Source: a virus. From it: DNA of 64,000 nucleotides. The notes under the pieces were generated by a model. That model did not search any database. It saw only the letters and a list, made by a program, of their open reading frames with translations, and was not told the DNA's origin. This document shows, in pieces, positions 1 to 8,953 of this stretch; positions within the stretch are counted from its first letter, which is position 1, and every line of letters starts with the position of its first letter. The stretch is from the IMG/VR virus record IMGVR_UViG_3300025674_000030, positions 1 to 64,000 of that record, one strand, 5' to 3'. A program made the position numbers and the translations under genes.

Positions 1-1
1 T

Positions 2-1072
2 TGGTCTTCCGAGATGGATGAAGAGCGTGTCTGGATTGATCAGACTATTGAGAAGACAATCGGATATATCCAACAAGGTGGTCAGTTTGACATGTCCCTA
101 CAGGTAACCATCCCCAATGAGTTTCAAAAGCTTGCTCCAATAAATATTGGTTACACTGCTGGTATTGAGACAACAAAGATAGCCCACCAATGGATTCCAA
201 AGGCCAACGAGATGGATAAGATCATTGTTGTATCTTCTCACTCTAAGCAAGTGTTTGAGAACACGGAGTATCAAGCACAGAACCAGCAGACTGGCGAACA
301 GGTCACGCTGAGAACCCAAGTTCCTGTTGAGGCAGTTGGCTACCCCGTCAAGACTTTTGAGAACTTGCCAGAACTGGATCTAAATCTCCCCACGGCGTTT
401 AATTTCCTCACAGTTGCACAGTTTGGTCCAAGAAAAAACCTTCATAATACCATCAAGTGGTTTATTGAAGAGTTCCGTAATGAAGATGTTGGTCTTGTTG
501 TGAAGTCTAACATTGCCAAGAATTGTTTAATGGATCGTAAGCGCTTACAAACAGATCTTACGAACTTCCTCCGTCAACAGGGAGAGAGACAGTGCAGAGT
601 ATTCCTCCTACACGGCGATATGACCGACGCCGAAATACACTCCTTGTATTCCAATCCCCAAATCAATGCATTTGTCTCTCTCCCCCACGGCGAAGGATTT
701 GGCCTTCCACTCTTTGAGGCTGCATACTCAGGTCTTCCTGTGGTCACTGTTGGTTGGTCTGGGCAGCTAGATTTTCTTGTAGATGCTGAAGGTCAGGAGC
801 AGTTTTATAACGTAGCCTTTGACCTACAGCCAGTCCAGAAAGAGGTTGTTTGGGATGGGGTTATCGTTCCTGATTCTATGTGGGCTTATGCTCGTGAATC
901 TTCTGCTAAGGAGCAGATGCGTATTTGCCGTGCCGATGCTACTCGCCGCGATGACTATGCTGAGGTTCTACAAGATAGATTCTCCGAGCCTGTTATGTAT
1001 GATAGGTTTGTGAGTGAAATACAATCTGTTTTTCCAGAAAACACCTTGATTGATTTGGAGTCAATGCTTTGA
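2..1072 (+). CDS. Glycosyltransferase, GT-B/GT4 family (5' end probably outside the window)
   Basis: RKN motif (GPRKNL) and GT4 signature HGEGFGLPLFEAAYSGLPVV. The frame is open back to the window edge. Confidence 0.85.
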   Translation, partial: WSSEMDEERVWIDQTIEKTIGYIQQGGQFDMSLQVTIPNEFQKLAPINIGYTAGIETTKIAHQWIPKANEMDKIIVVSSHSKQVFENTEYQAQNQQTGEQVTLRTQVPVEAVGYPVKTFENLPELDLNLPTAFNFLTVAQFGPRKNLHNTIKWFIEEFRNEDVGLVVKSNIAKNCLMDRKRLQTDLTNFLRQQGERQCRVFLLHGDMTDAEIHSLYSNPQINAFVSLPHGEGFGLPLFEAAYSGLPVVTVGWSGQLDFLVDAEGQEQFYNVAFDLQPVQKEVVWDGVIVPDSMWAYARESSAKEQMRICRADATRRDDYAEVLQDRFSEPVMYDRFVSEIQSVFPENTLIDLESML

Positions 1073-2970
1073 GGCTCGGCTTTGTAAGCGACTTTTACGC
1101 CCCCTCAATCGGCGGCACGCAGATCCTCGCACAAAGTTTATGTGAGGGTTTTGCCGATCTTAGTCATGAGGTGGAGGTTATCACCACCCCCGATTCAAGT
1201 CGAGAACACAGCAACTATTCTTACAAAATTCATGAAGTAAAAGGGCTTAATTTTACAAACTCAGATTTCTTTCTTGTCCAGAACTATGATGCTGTTTTAG
1301 TTCTTGCTGATTTGTTTTCTCCAACCTTACAGACAATCAATCCGGGTGACACTCGCAAGAGCATCTTGATCTTAAATCTGGACGAGAATGTTTATCGTTG
1401 GATCCATGAAGGCAGAATTCCAAATGTTCAGCAGATTGTAGAAAAGATAAAACTTTATACCCATGTTGTTTCCTTTTGCAAAGGAGCGCCTGTAAACAAG
1501 TTTCTTGAAGAGAATGGGATAGAACACTCATTCATTCCAAACTTCACCAGAGACACACAAATTACTCAGAAGCCACCGATTCACATTCGTAATGCCCTCA
1601 AGTTAGGAAACAAGAAGATCATCTTCAATCACGGTTTGATCGAAGATAGAAAAAACCAACTATCTCTAATTCAGAGCTTTGCTGCTTCTGGACTTAGAGA
1701 AGACCACACTCTTGTATTACTTGGTTCTCCGCGAAGTGCTTCTGATAACGCTTATCTCTCACAGATTAACTCTATGATTGAAGAACAGGGGCTCTCCGAG
1801 TGCGTCAAAATGGTGAAGGGAACGAACAACAGAGGTCTAATTGACCTCCTACTTTGTTCTTCGGACATTTATGTTCTTCCATCAAAAGCAGAGGGGTTGC
1901 CGCTTGTTTTGCTTGAGGCTATGTCTGCTGGGTTGCCTTGGATTTCTACTCCTGTTGGTGGTGTGCCTGAAGTTTTTGGATCGCTACAAGGCGGCGTAGT
2001 GCTCCCACAAATAGCATTCACATCAGAAGAGCTAGAATCCGCAGTCCGCTCTGTTGAGCGAGGTCATTCACGACGCGAATGGTCCGAGAATTTTACAAAA
2101 GAAAAAGCTCTTGAGCGCTATAGCAGCTTGCTTAATGTAGAAGAGGATTATATTGAAGCAATACATTACCTCCAACAGCATAGAATTAGTTTTGGAAACC
2201 AAGTGTATAATGAACCAGAGGCTATTGAAAATTACTTGAGTTCATGCCTTCAGTTTGCAGGCATTGTAGATGAAGTATTTATCATTAATCATCGATCTTC
2301 AGATAATACATTAGATGTAATCGAAAGTTTCAAAGAAAGATATGATAATGCTGGTATTCAGCTAAGGTGGAGAACAGAAGAAAGAGACCTTTCTAAGAAC
2401 TTTACGATAGCTGATGTTTTTGGAGCCGCTGTGCAGGAATGTAATAATGAAATAGTGTTCCGTCACGACGCCGATTTTGTTTTTGGCAAGGGTTATTTAA
2501 AAACTATGGTTTCCGCTATCAAGTCACTTGCAGATGAAAGAGTTTATGCTTGTGGTTATGAAATACCAGTAGTCTCAGAAAACCTGACTCTCAAAGATAA
2601 CAAAATTATCAATCATGGTTTTTGTAATATGCATGTTGCTGTACCAAGGGTATTCAAGAAATCTAAGACAATTTGTCTTCAAAATCACGTAGGCGGAAAG
2701 TATGAGTGGTTTTATCCAGTAGAGCCTGATTGCTCTCATTGGGCTATTTTGAGTTTTAATAGAGAATCACTTTTATCTGTCAATATTAAATCTGTTGAGC
2801 GTCAGCAGGTGCGTGAAACTATGAACACATTTATGGAAGATGTTCAAACAGGTAAAGTAGATGGTGAATGGATCGGTAATGATTCATTGAGAAGAGAAAC
2901 AGAAGAACAAAATAAAAAAGATACAAAGCTGAAAAAGAGTAGTGTAATTGGTGAAACTTATGCCTTTTAA
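1069..2970 (+). CDS. Two-domain glycosyltransferase (N-terminal GT4, C-terminal GT2-like)
   Basis: N-terminal FYAPSIGG, RKNQ and SKAEGLPLVLLEAMSAGLP (GT4). C-terminal VYNEPEAI...SSDNT...HDAD (GT2/GT-A DxD). TTG start overlaps the upstream stop. Confidence 0.85.
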   Translation: MRLGFVSDFYAPSIGGTQILAQSLCEGFADLSHEVEVITTPDSSREHSNYSYKIHEVKGLNFTNSDFFLVQNYDAVLVLADLFSPTLQTINPGDTRKSILILNLDENVYRWIHEGRIPNVQQIVEKIKLYTHVVSFCKGAPVNKFLEENGIEHSFIPNFTRDTQITQKPPIHIRNALKLGNKKIIFNHGLIEDRKNQLSLIQSFAASGLREDHTLVLLGSPRSASDNAYLSQINSMIEEQGLSECVKMVKGTNNRGLIDLLLCSSDIYVLPSKAEGLPLVLLEAMSAGLPWISTPVGGVPEVFGSLQGGVVLPQIAFTSEELESAVRSVERGHSRREWSENFTKEKALERYSSLLNVEEDYIEAIHYLQQHRISFGNQVYNEPEAIENYLSSCLQFAGIVDEVFIINHRSSDNTLDVIESFKERYDNAGIQLRWRTEERDLSKNFTIADVFGAAVQECNNEIVFRHDADFVFGKGYLKTMVSAIKSLADERVYACGYEIPVVSENLTLKDNKIINHGFCNMHVAVPRVFKKSKTICLQNHVGGKYEWFYPVEPDCSHWAILSFNRESLLSVNIKSVERQQVRETMNTFMEDVQTGKVDGEWIGNDSLRRETEEQNKKDTKLKKSSVIGETYAF

Positions 2971-3628
2971 AGATTTGATATTTGAAAAAAATGTTTTACT
3001 CTTAGGTCCTGCTTCTTATTTATATGATGGCTCTTACTCACAGGACTTAAAAAATTATGATATTGTAGTGAAATTGAATAGAATGGTTGAAACTGATTTA
3101 TGTAAAGACTTTATTAATGATAGGTGCGATGTTTTGTATCATTGCATAAATTTTGATTCATCTATTGGAGAAAATCCAATAGATTTTGGCAAATTGATAT
3201 CTGAGAAAGTTAAAACAGTGAGAGTAGCATATCCCCCTGTAAAATCTTGGTATGCTAATAATTTAAAAAATTATTCAATTTTGAATAGTGACTTTGGTTT
3301 TCCAACAACAATTATAGACAACAATACATATATGAATCTATGCAATCTATGCGGACAAACTTCTCCAAACACAGGAACCATAGCAATTTATGATCTTTAT
3401 TTGCAAAAACCTAAAACAATAACTATAAAAGGGATTACTATGTTCTCTGGTGGCTACAATAAAAATTATAGGACGAAGATAACAACTGAACAAGAAGTAA
3501 GAGAATTGAATCAAAAAGTAAAAAATCATAACATAGATTTTCAAAAAAACTTTTTAAGAACTTTTCTAAACAATGAAAAATTCTTTATTGATGATCATTT
3601 AAGGAGCAGCATTGATGGAAGCTCTTAA
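2960..3628 (+). CDS. GT29 (sialyltransferase)-like protein
   Basis: VLLLGPASYL...YDIVVKLNR resembles sialylmotif L, SPNTGTIAI...ITIKGITMF resembles sialylmotif S, and a C-terminal H-x4-Q resembles motif VS. ATG 2960 chosen as start. Confidence 0.5.
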   Translation: MPFKDLIFEKNVLLLGPASYLYDGSYSQDLKNYDIVVKLNRMVETDLCKDFINDRCDVLYHCINFDSSIGENPIDFGKLISEKVKTVRVAYPPVKSWYANNLKNYSILNSDFGFPTTIIDNNTYMNLCNLCGQTSPNTGTIAIYDLYLQKPKTITIKGITMFSGGYNKNYRTKITTEQEVRELNQKVKNHNIDFQKNFLRTFLNNEKFFIDDHLRSSIDGSS

Positions 3629-4673
3629 TATTAGCTTTTACTGCTGGTTACCAAAGAGCGGCTTCTCTGGTGGCAGGTATTTATCCCTCTGTTTAGCAAA
3701 TAGTTTGGCAGACTCTGGGTGTAATGTGGATTTTTTCACAAACGAAACAAATTCACATATGGCTCTAACATGTTTCGAAAATTCAAAAGTAAATTTTAAA
3801 ACAATAAGTACCCAAACTAGTTCTTATGATTTTGGAATAATAATCCCAAATGGTCCCGGTTCATACGATTTCTACAATCTATTTTTAGATAATGCGATTA
3901 ATTTAAACCATAAAAATATTTTTTATAATTTTGAAAGTGGAAATTGGTGGAATGCTCAAAGTCCATATAAGAAAGATATATCATTGTGGGATCCTTGGAA
4001 AAAAGTTGCAAAGCTTTGTGACACAATCTTGAGTATTTCAAGAACCGGTAACCAGTGGGCAAAAGAGTTTTACGATAATCAGGATTTTATCTATGAACCC
4101 GGACCAATTAATATAAATTATGAAAAACCAAATCTTGTAAAAAGCAAAAAAGTTTTTATAATGTCAAGATTTGGCGCTACTAGTGTCCATAAAGGGTGGA
4201 ATCAATTACACCTGTTAAATACTAAAGTGCTTTCAAATTTCGAAATTATTCTAAACACTGGAAATGTAAATCTCAATCAAGATATCAAAAATAATATTTC
4301 TAATCTTTTCAGTAAAAATGAGATAAAAGTAACATTTAGGCATTCTATAAGCGAGAAAGAAAAAAAGCAATTAATGAAAGAATCTTCATTTCTTTTTTTT
4401 GCTACTGAATTTGAGGGCTTAGGTATGCCCCCGCTTGAAGCGATATCGTTAGGAACTAATGTTTTGTGTTCTGATATACCTGTGTTAAGAGAGACTGGAG
4501 AAGGCTTTTATGTTTTTTTTGATAACAAATCAGCCAATATTGATCATAAAATTGAACAGGCTTTGCACAAAAAAATACCTTTTGAAGAAGTTGTAAAATT
4601 CAATAATAAACACAGCATGAGTGGGATTTCAAATTCTTTGATAACAAAATTACATGATAGGAAGAAAAAATGA
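3615..4673 (+). CDS. Glycosyltransferase, GT4 family
   Basis: FSGG near the N-terminus, HKG, and EFEGLGMPPLEAISLG...SDIPVLRE. SD AAGGAG at 3601-3606. Confidence 0.85.
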   Translation: MEALNISFYCWLPKSGFSGGRYLSLCLANSLADSGCNVDFFTNETNSHMALTCFENSKVNFKTISTQTSSYDFGIIIPNGPGSYDFYNLFLDNAINLNHKNIFYNFESGNWWNAQSPYKKDISLWDPWKKVAKLCDTILSISRTGNQWAKEFYDNQDFIYEPGPININYEKPNLVKSKKVFIMSRFGATSVHKGWNQLHLLNTKVLSNFEIILNTGNVNLNQDIKNNISNLFSKNEIKVTFRHSISEKEKKQLMKESSFLFFATEFEGLGMPPLEAISLGTNVLCSDIPVLRETGEGFYVFFDNKSANIDHKIEQALHKKIPFEEVVKFNNKHSMSGISNSLITKLHDRKKK

Positions 4674-5470
4674 AAATAGGAATCATTGGTCTGGGCGTTG
4701 TCGGCACAGCAGTAAAAAACGGCATGGTACACGTCGGACATACTGTCGCCGAGCACGATCTAAAATTAAAAACCTCTATAACTGATTTGTTGGATTGTGA
4801 AATTGTTTTTATATGTGTGCCGACTCCCACTTCAAGTAGTGGAAGGTGTAATACAAAGATATTAGAATCTGTTGTTGATGATTTGGTTCACTTAAATTAT
4901 CAGGGAATCATAGCAGTCAAATCTACTGTTTCAATTGGTACAACTGAAAGGCTATCAAATTTCTACAAAAACAGCAAAATTTGTTTTGTTCCTGAATTTT
5001 TAAGAGAAAGGTGTGCAACTGAAGATTTTATATACAATCATGACTTGTGTGCAATTGGCGCTCTTGAACAAGAGGTATATGAAAAAGTAAAACAGGCACA
5101 TGGCGATTTGCCTGAAAAAGTAGTCTTTTGTACTCCTTCGGAAGCTGAAGCAGTGAAGTATTTCAACAACATTTATAATGCAGTGTTGATAACTTTCGCA
5201 AACAGTTATCATGATATTTGTGAACATATGGGAGTTGATTACTCTAAGGTAAAAGAACTGGCAGTGCTCAGAGATCACATAAATGACATTTACCTAAATT
5301 CTAGTGAAAACTTAAAAGGCTTCAGTGGACCATGCCTACCTAAAGATACAAAAGAAATTGCAGCACTCAGCGTAGAAGAAAGCTTAAATCACATTACATT
5401 TTTTAGTGATGTATTGAAACAAAACTCAGTTTTTAAGAAGACGGTATTGGATGGCATGAGAGATGAGTAA
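4670..5470 (+). CDS. UDP-glucose/GDP-mannose dehydrogenase family (short form lacking the C-terminal domain)
   Basis: GLGVVG Rossmann motif, ICVPTP, KSTV, PEFLRE, and catalytic GFSGPCLPKD. Only 266 aa. Confidence 0.88.
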   Translation: MKIGIIGLGVVGTAVKNGMVHVGHTVAEHDLKLKTSITDLLDCEIVFICVPTPTSSSGRCNTKILESVVDDLVHLNYQGIIAVKSTVSIGTTERLSNFYKNSKICFVPEFLRERCATEDFIYNHDLCAIGALEQEVYEKVKQAHGDLPEKVVFCTPSEAEAVKYFNNIYNAVLITFANSYHDICEHMGVDYSKVKELAVLRDHINDIYLNSSENLKGFSGPCLPKDTKEIAALSVEESLNHITFFSDVLKQNSVFKKTVLDGMRDE

Positions 5471-6419
5471 AAACTACGCTGTGGTTACTGGAGCAGCAGG
5501 CTTTATAGGCAGCCATCTTGCTCTAGGATTGTTGAAAAATGATTATATTGTCATCGGTATTGATAATTTTTTCAGAGGAACAGAAGACAATCTATTGCCA
5601 TTGAGAGGCAATAAGAATTTCAATTTTTTTAATTGTGACCTTTCATCACAAGAAGAGTGCAAAAGCTTAAAACAAAAAATAGGTTCAATTATAAAAAATG
5701 CAAGATGTGAAATTTATCACTACGCAGCAATTAATGGAACAAAATATTTTTACGACTTCCCTTTTGAAGTATTCAGCAAAAATGTTTCAATAACCGAGAA
5801 CACTTTATCATTACTAGATTCCCAAAGCATAAAAAAATTTATTTTTGCTTCTTCTTCGGAAGTGTACGGATTCAATCCCCCAACACCAACTTCCGAACTT
5901 CATGAAATAGTGTTGAATATTGAAGCCGATAGAGATAGCTATGCTTGTTCAAAAGTTCATAATGAATTTTTGATTAAATTTTTTTGCCAAAAAAATGATA
6001 TTGACTATCTCATTTTGAGATTGTTCAATGTGTATGGTCCCAATATGGTTTCAACAGATTATGGACAAGTAGTTCCAGAGTTTATAAGAAGATTTAAAGA
6101 AGGAAAGTTTTCCATAATAGGAGATGGACTTCAAACAAGAAGTTTCTGCTACATTGATGATAATATACAAGTAACACTTAAAGCTTCTTCTATTGCCTCA
6201 GATCAAGTCTTAAATATAGGAAATGACGAAGAGGTAACGATATTAGAGCTAGCAAAACTTATACATAAAATAGGCAATAAAAACTTTGATCCAGTATTTT
6301 TACCCGCTAGAAAAAATGATACTCTCGTAAGAAAACCATGTAATAAAAAACTATTTGGTTTCATAGGAAAGCACGAGTTCTTATCGCTGGAGCAAGGAAT
6401 CACTAAACTACTTAAATAA
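5463..6419 (+). CDS. NAD-dependent epimerase/dehydratase (UDP-glucuronate decarboxylase-like SDR)
   Basis: TGAAGFIGSHL, SSSEVYG, YxxxK (YACSK), RLFNVYGP, GDGLQTRSFCYIDD. Confidence 0.88.
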   Translation: MSKNYAVVTGAAGFIGSHLALGLLKNDYIVIGIDNFFRGTEDNLLPLRGNKNFNFFNCDLSSQEECKSLKQKIGSIIKNARCEIYHYAAINGTKYFYDFPFEVFSKNVSITENTLSLLDSQSIKKFIFASSSEVYGFNPPTPTSELHEIVLNIEADRDSYACSKVHNEFLIKFFCQKNDIDYLILRLFNVYGPNMVSTDYGQVVPEFIRRFKEGKFSIIGDGLQTRSFCYIDDNIQVTLKASSIASDQVLNIGNDEEVTILELAKLIHKIGNKNFDPVFLPARKNDTLVRKPCNKKLFGFIGKHEFLSLEQGITKLLK

Positions 6420-6442
6420 AAAAAATTTATAGATACAAATAT

Positions 6443-6470
6443 TTGCTTATATGCAAATTTGTGTTATATT
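6443..6470 (+). promoter_or_regulatory. Putative sigma70-type promoter (TTGCTT-16-TATATT, extended -10 TG)
   Basis: TTGCTT at 6443-6448, TG at 6462-6463, TATATT at 6465-6470, in the AT-rich gap before the SIS gene. The AT-rich context makes chance matches possible. Confidence 0.35.
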
Positions 6471-6492
6471 AATAAAATCACCAAGGAAAAAA

Positions 6493-7071
6493 ATGCAAAT
6501 TGATTTTGAAAATATTGAAGAAAAGTTAGAAAGCGCAAGCTTATCGCCATCCTTTGAAAAAATTGTAACAAAGCTAAACAATGCCAAAAAGATTTATCTA
6601 ATTGGCAATGGCGGACTGCACTTTGTCGCTAGTCACATGTCAACAGACTTAACAAGATTAATACCAGACAAAGTGGCATACTCATTTGACAGTTTTGGTT
6701 TTATTACCTCAAACGCAAATGATCATGGCTTCGGAAATATATTTACTAGATGGCTTGAAACTGTGGCACCAGTTGATGAAGCAGAAGACTCATTAGTCAT
6801 AGGAATGTCCTGTTCGGGCAATTCTTCCAACATAATTAGCTGCCTACACTGGGCTGAGGAGATGGGGTTTTCAACTTTCATGATGTCAGGACAAAAATCT
6901 GAAAAGCTCTCAGATAGTATTGATGAAATGGTTTTTAATTGTGATTACTTTCATACTGTCGAGGTTCTTTGCATGATGATGTTCTATGAACTTATACATC
7001 AGACAGACAACAAGTGCCCCTCTATCAAAGGCGAAAAGGTAAGATTGAAAGATTCACCCTTGAGAAACTAA
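6493..7071 (+). CDS. gmhA: SIS-domain sugar-phosphate isomerase (GmhA/phosphoheptose isomerase-like)
   Basis: IGNGG...ASH, ND.GF..IF and GMSCSGNSSNII match GmhA motifs. ATG 6493 follows AAGGA. Confidence 0.7.
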   Translation: MQIDFENIEEKLESASLSPSFEKIVTKLNNAKKIYLIGNGGLHFVASHMSTDLTRLIPDKVAYSFDSFGFITSNANDHGFGNIFTRWLETVAPVDEAEDSLVIGMSCSGNSSNIISCLHWAEEMGFSTFMMSGQKSEKLSDSIDEMVFNCDYFHTVEVLCMMMFYELIHQTDNKCPSIKGEKVRLKDSPLRN

Positions 7072-7715
7072 TGAAAAAAGTTTGTATGATACCTGCCCGA
7101 TTGGGCAGCCAAAGATTGAAACAAAAAAATTTACTGAAAATCAACAATATGTCAATTGTTCAGTTATGTGCTAAAAAATGCATAGATTCTTCAGTATTTG
7201 ACGAAGTGTACATCAATAGCGAGTCTGATGTTATTCTTGAAGAAGCCCCACCCTCATGTTACAAATACAAAAGAAATGAAAAATTTGCCAATAATCAAGC
7301 AACATCAGAAGATTTTATAAGGGACTTTATTTCAAATGTTCAATCAGATTATTTATTTCAAATTCACTCAATTGCTCCACTGATTACTGTAGAGCAAATA
7401 TCTTCTTTTGTAGAAGCTTTTGTGAATTCAAACAAGCAAGTTGGATTAACATACGAAAAAATAATTTTAGAGTCCTTAGTGGAAGAAAAACCAGTTAATT
7501 TTACATTTAAGAAAAAGTCAAATTCTCAAGATTTAAAAGATATTCATGTAATAAATTGGGCAATGACTGGCTGGAATTTAAAAAGTGGTGTAATGAAGGA
7601 AAGTTGCATATCTTTTGGCAGTGATAGATTTTTTTTTGAACTACCAAGATTCAATGGTAGTGTGATAAAGACCGAACAAGATTACAATTTTTGTAAAAAA
7701 ATTTTGGAGTTATAA
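7071..7715 (+). CDS. Acylneuraminate/Kdo-type cytidylyltransferase (CMP-sugar synthetase)
   Basis: IPARLGSQRLKQKN is the NeuA/KdsB N-terminal motif. ATG 7071 overlaps the upstream TAA. Confidence 0.8.
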   Translation: MKKVCMIPARLGSQRLKQKNLLKINNMSIVQLCAKKCIDSSVFDEVYINSESDVILEEAPPSCYKYKRNEKFANNQATSEDFIRDFISNVQSDYLFQIHSIAPLITVEQISSFVEAFVNSNKQVGLTYEKIILESLVEEKPVNFTFKKKSNSQDLKDIHVINWAMTGWNLKSGVMKESCISFGSDRFFFELPRFNGSVIKTEQDYNFCKKILEL

Positions 7716-8120
7716 ATGTTAACAGTGGAAGAGTTTAATAAAATACAAAAAATTGAAAATGCAAAAAATATTGCAATAGATTTTGATGGCGTTATTCATG
7801 CCTGCTCAAAAGGCTATTATGATGGTACTGTTTATGATGTACCAATTGAAGGATCTCTAAAAGCATTAGAAGCATTACATAATAAGGGATTTAGCATTTT
7901 TATATATTCATGTAAAAGTAGATCAGATAGACCCGAGGTTGATGGAAAAAATGGAACACAAATGATTTGGGATTGGTTAGAAAAACACAATGTTAAACAA
8001 TATGTAACTGATGTAGTATCAGAAAAGCCAAGAGCCATATGTTTCATTGATGATAAAGGAGTTCGTTTTAACAATTGGGAAGACACATTTGAGCAATTAA
8101 AAAAAATAGGCATTTTATGA
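7716..8120 (+). CDS. HAD-superfamily phosphatase
   Basis: IAIDFDGVI (motif I) and EKPRAICFIDDK (motifs III/IV). Confidence 0.78.
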   Translation: MLTVEEFNKIQKIENAKNIAIDFDGVIHACSKGYYDGTVYDVPIEGSLKALEALHNKGFSIFIYSCKSRSDRPEVDGKNGTQMIWDWLEKHNVKQYVTDVVSEKPRAICFIDDKGVRFNNWEDTFEQLKKIGIL

Positions 8121-8953
8121 AAATTTTAGTAACTGGACATAAAGGCTACATTGGTAGCAAAATATTTAACAAATTAGACGATGGAATCAACATTGTTCAT
8201 GGCTTGGATTTAAAAGATGGTAGAGATGTTCTCCACCATCTGCCAAACACAAGTTATGACTATGTTTTCCATCTCGCAGCATTTCCAAAGGTTCAACAAT
8301 CCGTAGAAGAGCCTTCAGATACATTTAGAAATAATGCTTATGCCACATCTGTTCTATTAGAGTGGGCAAAGAACCATAATGTAAAAAGAGTTATCTTTTC
8401 TTCCTCTGCTGCTGCTGCCGATGTAACATCACCATACGGACTTCACAAGAGAATCTCAGAGCAAGAGTGTAAACTCTATTTTCAACTCTATGGACTAGAT
8501 ACGGTTTGTCTTCGTTATCATAATGTCTATTCCGAAGATCAAATCTATTGCGGCTCGTACTCCACAGCGATAAGTGCTTGGATGCAGATGATTCGTGAAG
8601 GTAGAGAACTTCGTATGGATGGAGATGGAGAACAGACAAGAGATTTTGTACATGTTGATGATGTTGTATCTGCTAACATTTTTTGTATGAACCAAGATAA
8701 GCCATTTGCTGGTACGGTACACGATGTTGCTAGCGGTGTTTCATGCTCTCTAAATTCAGTCAGAGAGATAATTAACAAAAACCATAATGTAGTTTGGATT
8801 GAAAATTCAGAAAGAAAAGGTGACATTAAGCATTCACAGTCTGACATTTCTGGGTTATTATCTCTTGGATGGAAGCCGTCTGTTGCTATAGAAGATGGCT
8901 TACAAAGATGTTTTTCAAAGGATAATCTATGTGTGGAATCTTTGGCTCAGTAG
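8117..8953 (+). CDS. NAD-dependent epimerase/dehydratase (GalE-like SDR)
   Basis: TGHKGYIGS, HLAA, SSS, SPYGLHK, GDGEQTRDFVHVDD. Confidence 0.88.
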   Translation: MKILVTGHKGYIGSKIFNKLDDGINIVHGLDLKDGRDVLHHLPNTSYDYVFHLAAFPKVQQSVEEPSDTFRNNAYATSVLLEWAKNHNVKRVIFSSSAAAADVTSPYGLHKRISEQECKLYFQLYGLDTVCLRYHNVYSEDQIYCGSYSTAISAWMQMIREGRELRMDGDGEQTRDFVHVDDVVSANIFCMNQDKPFAGTVHDVASGVSCSLNSVREIINKNHNVVWIENSERKGDIKHSQSDISGLLSLGWKPSVAIEDGLQRCFSKDNLCVESLAQ

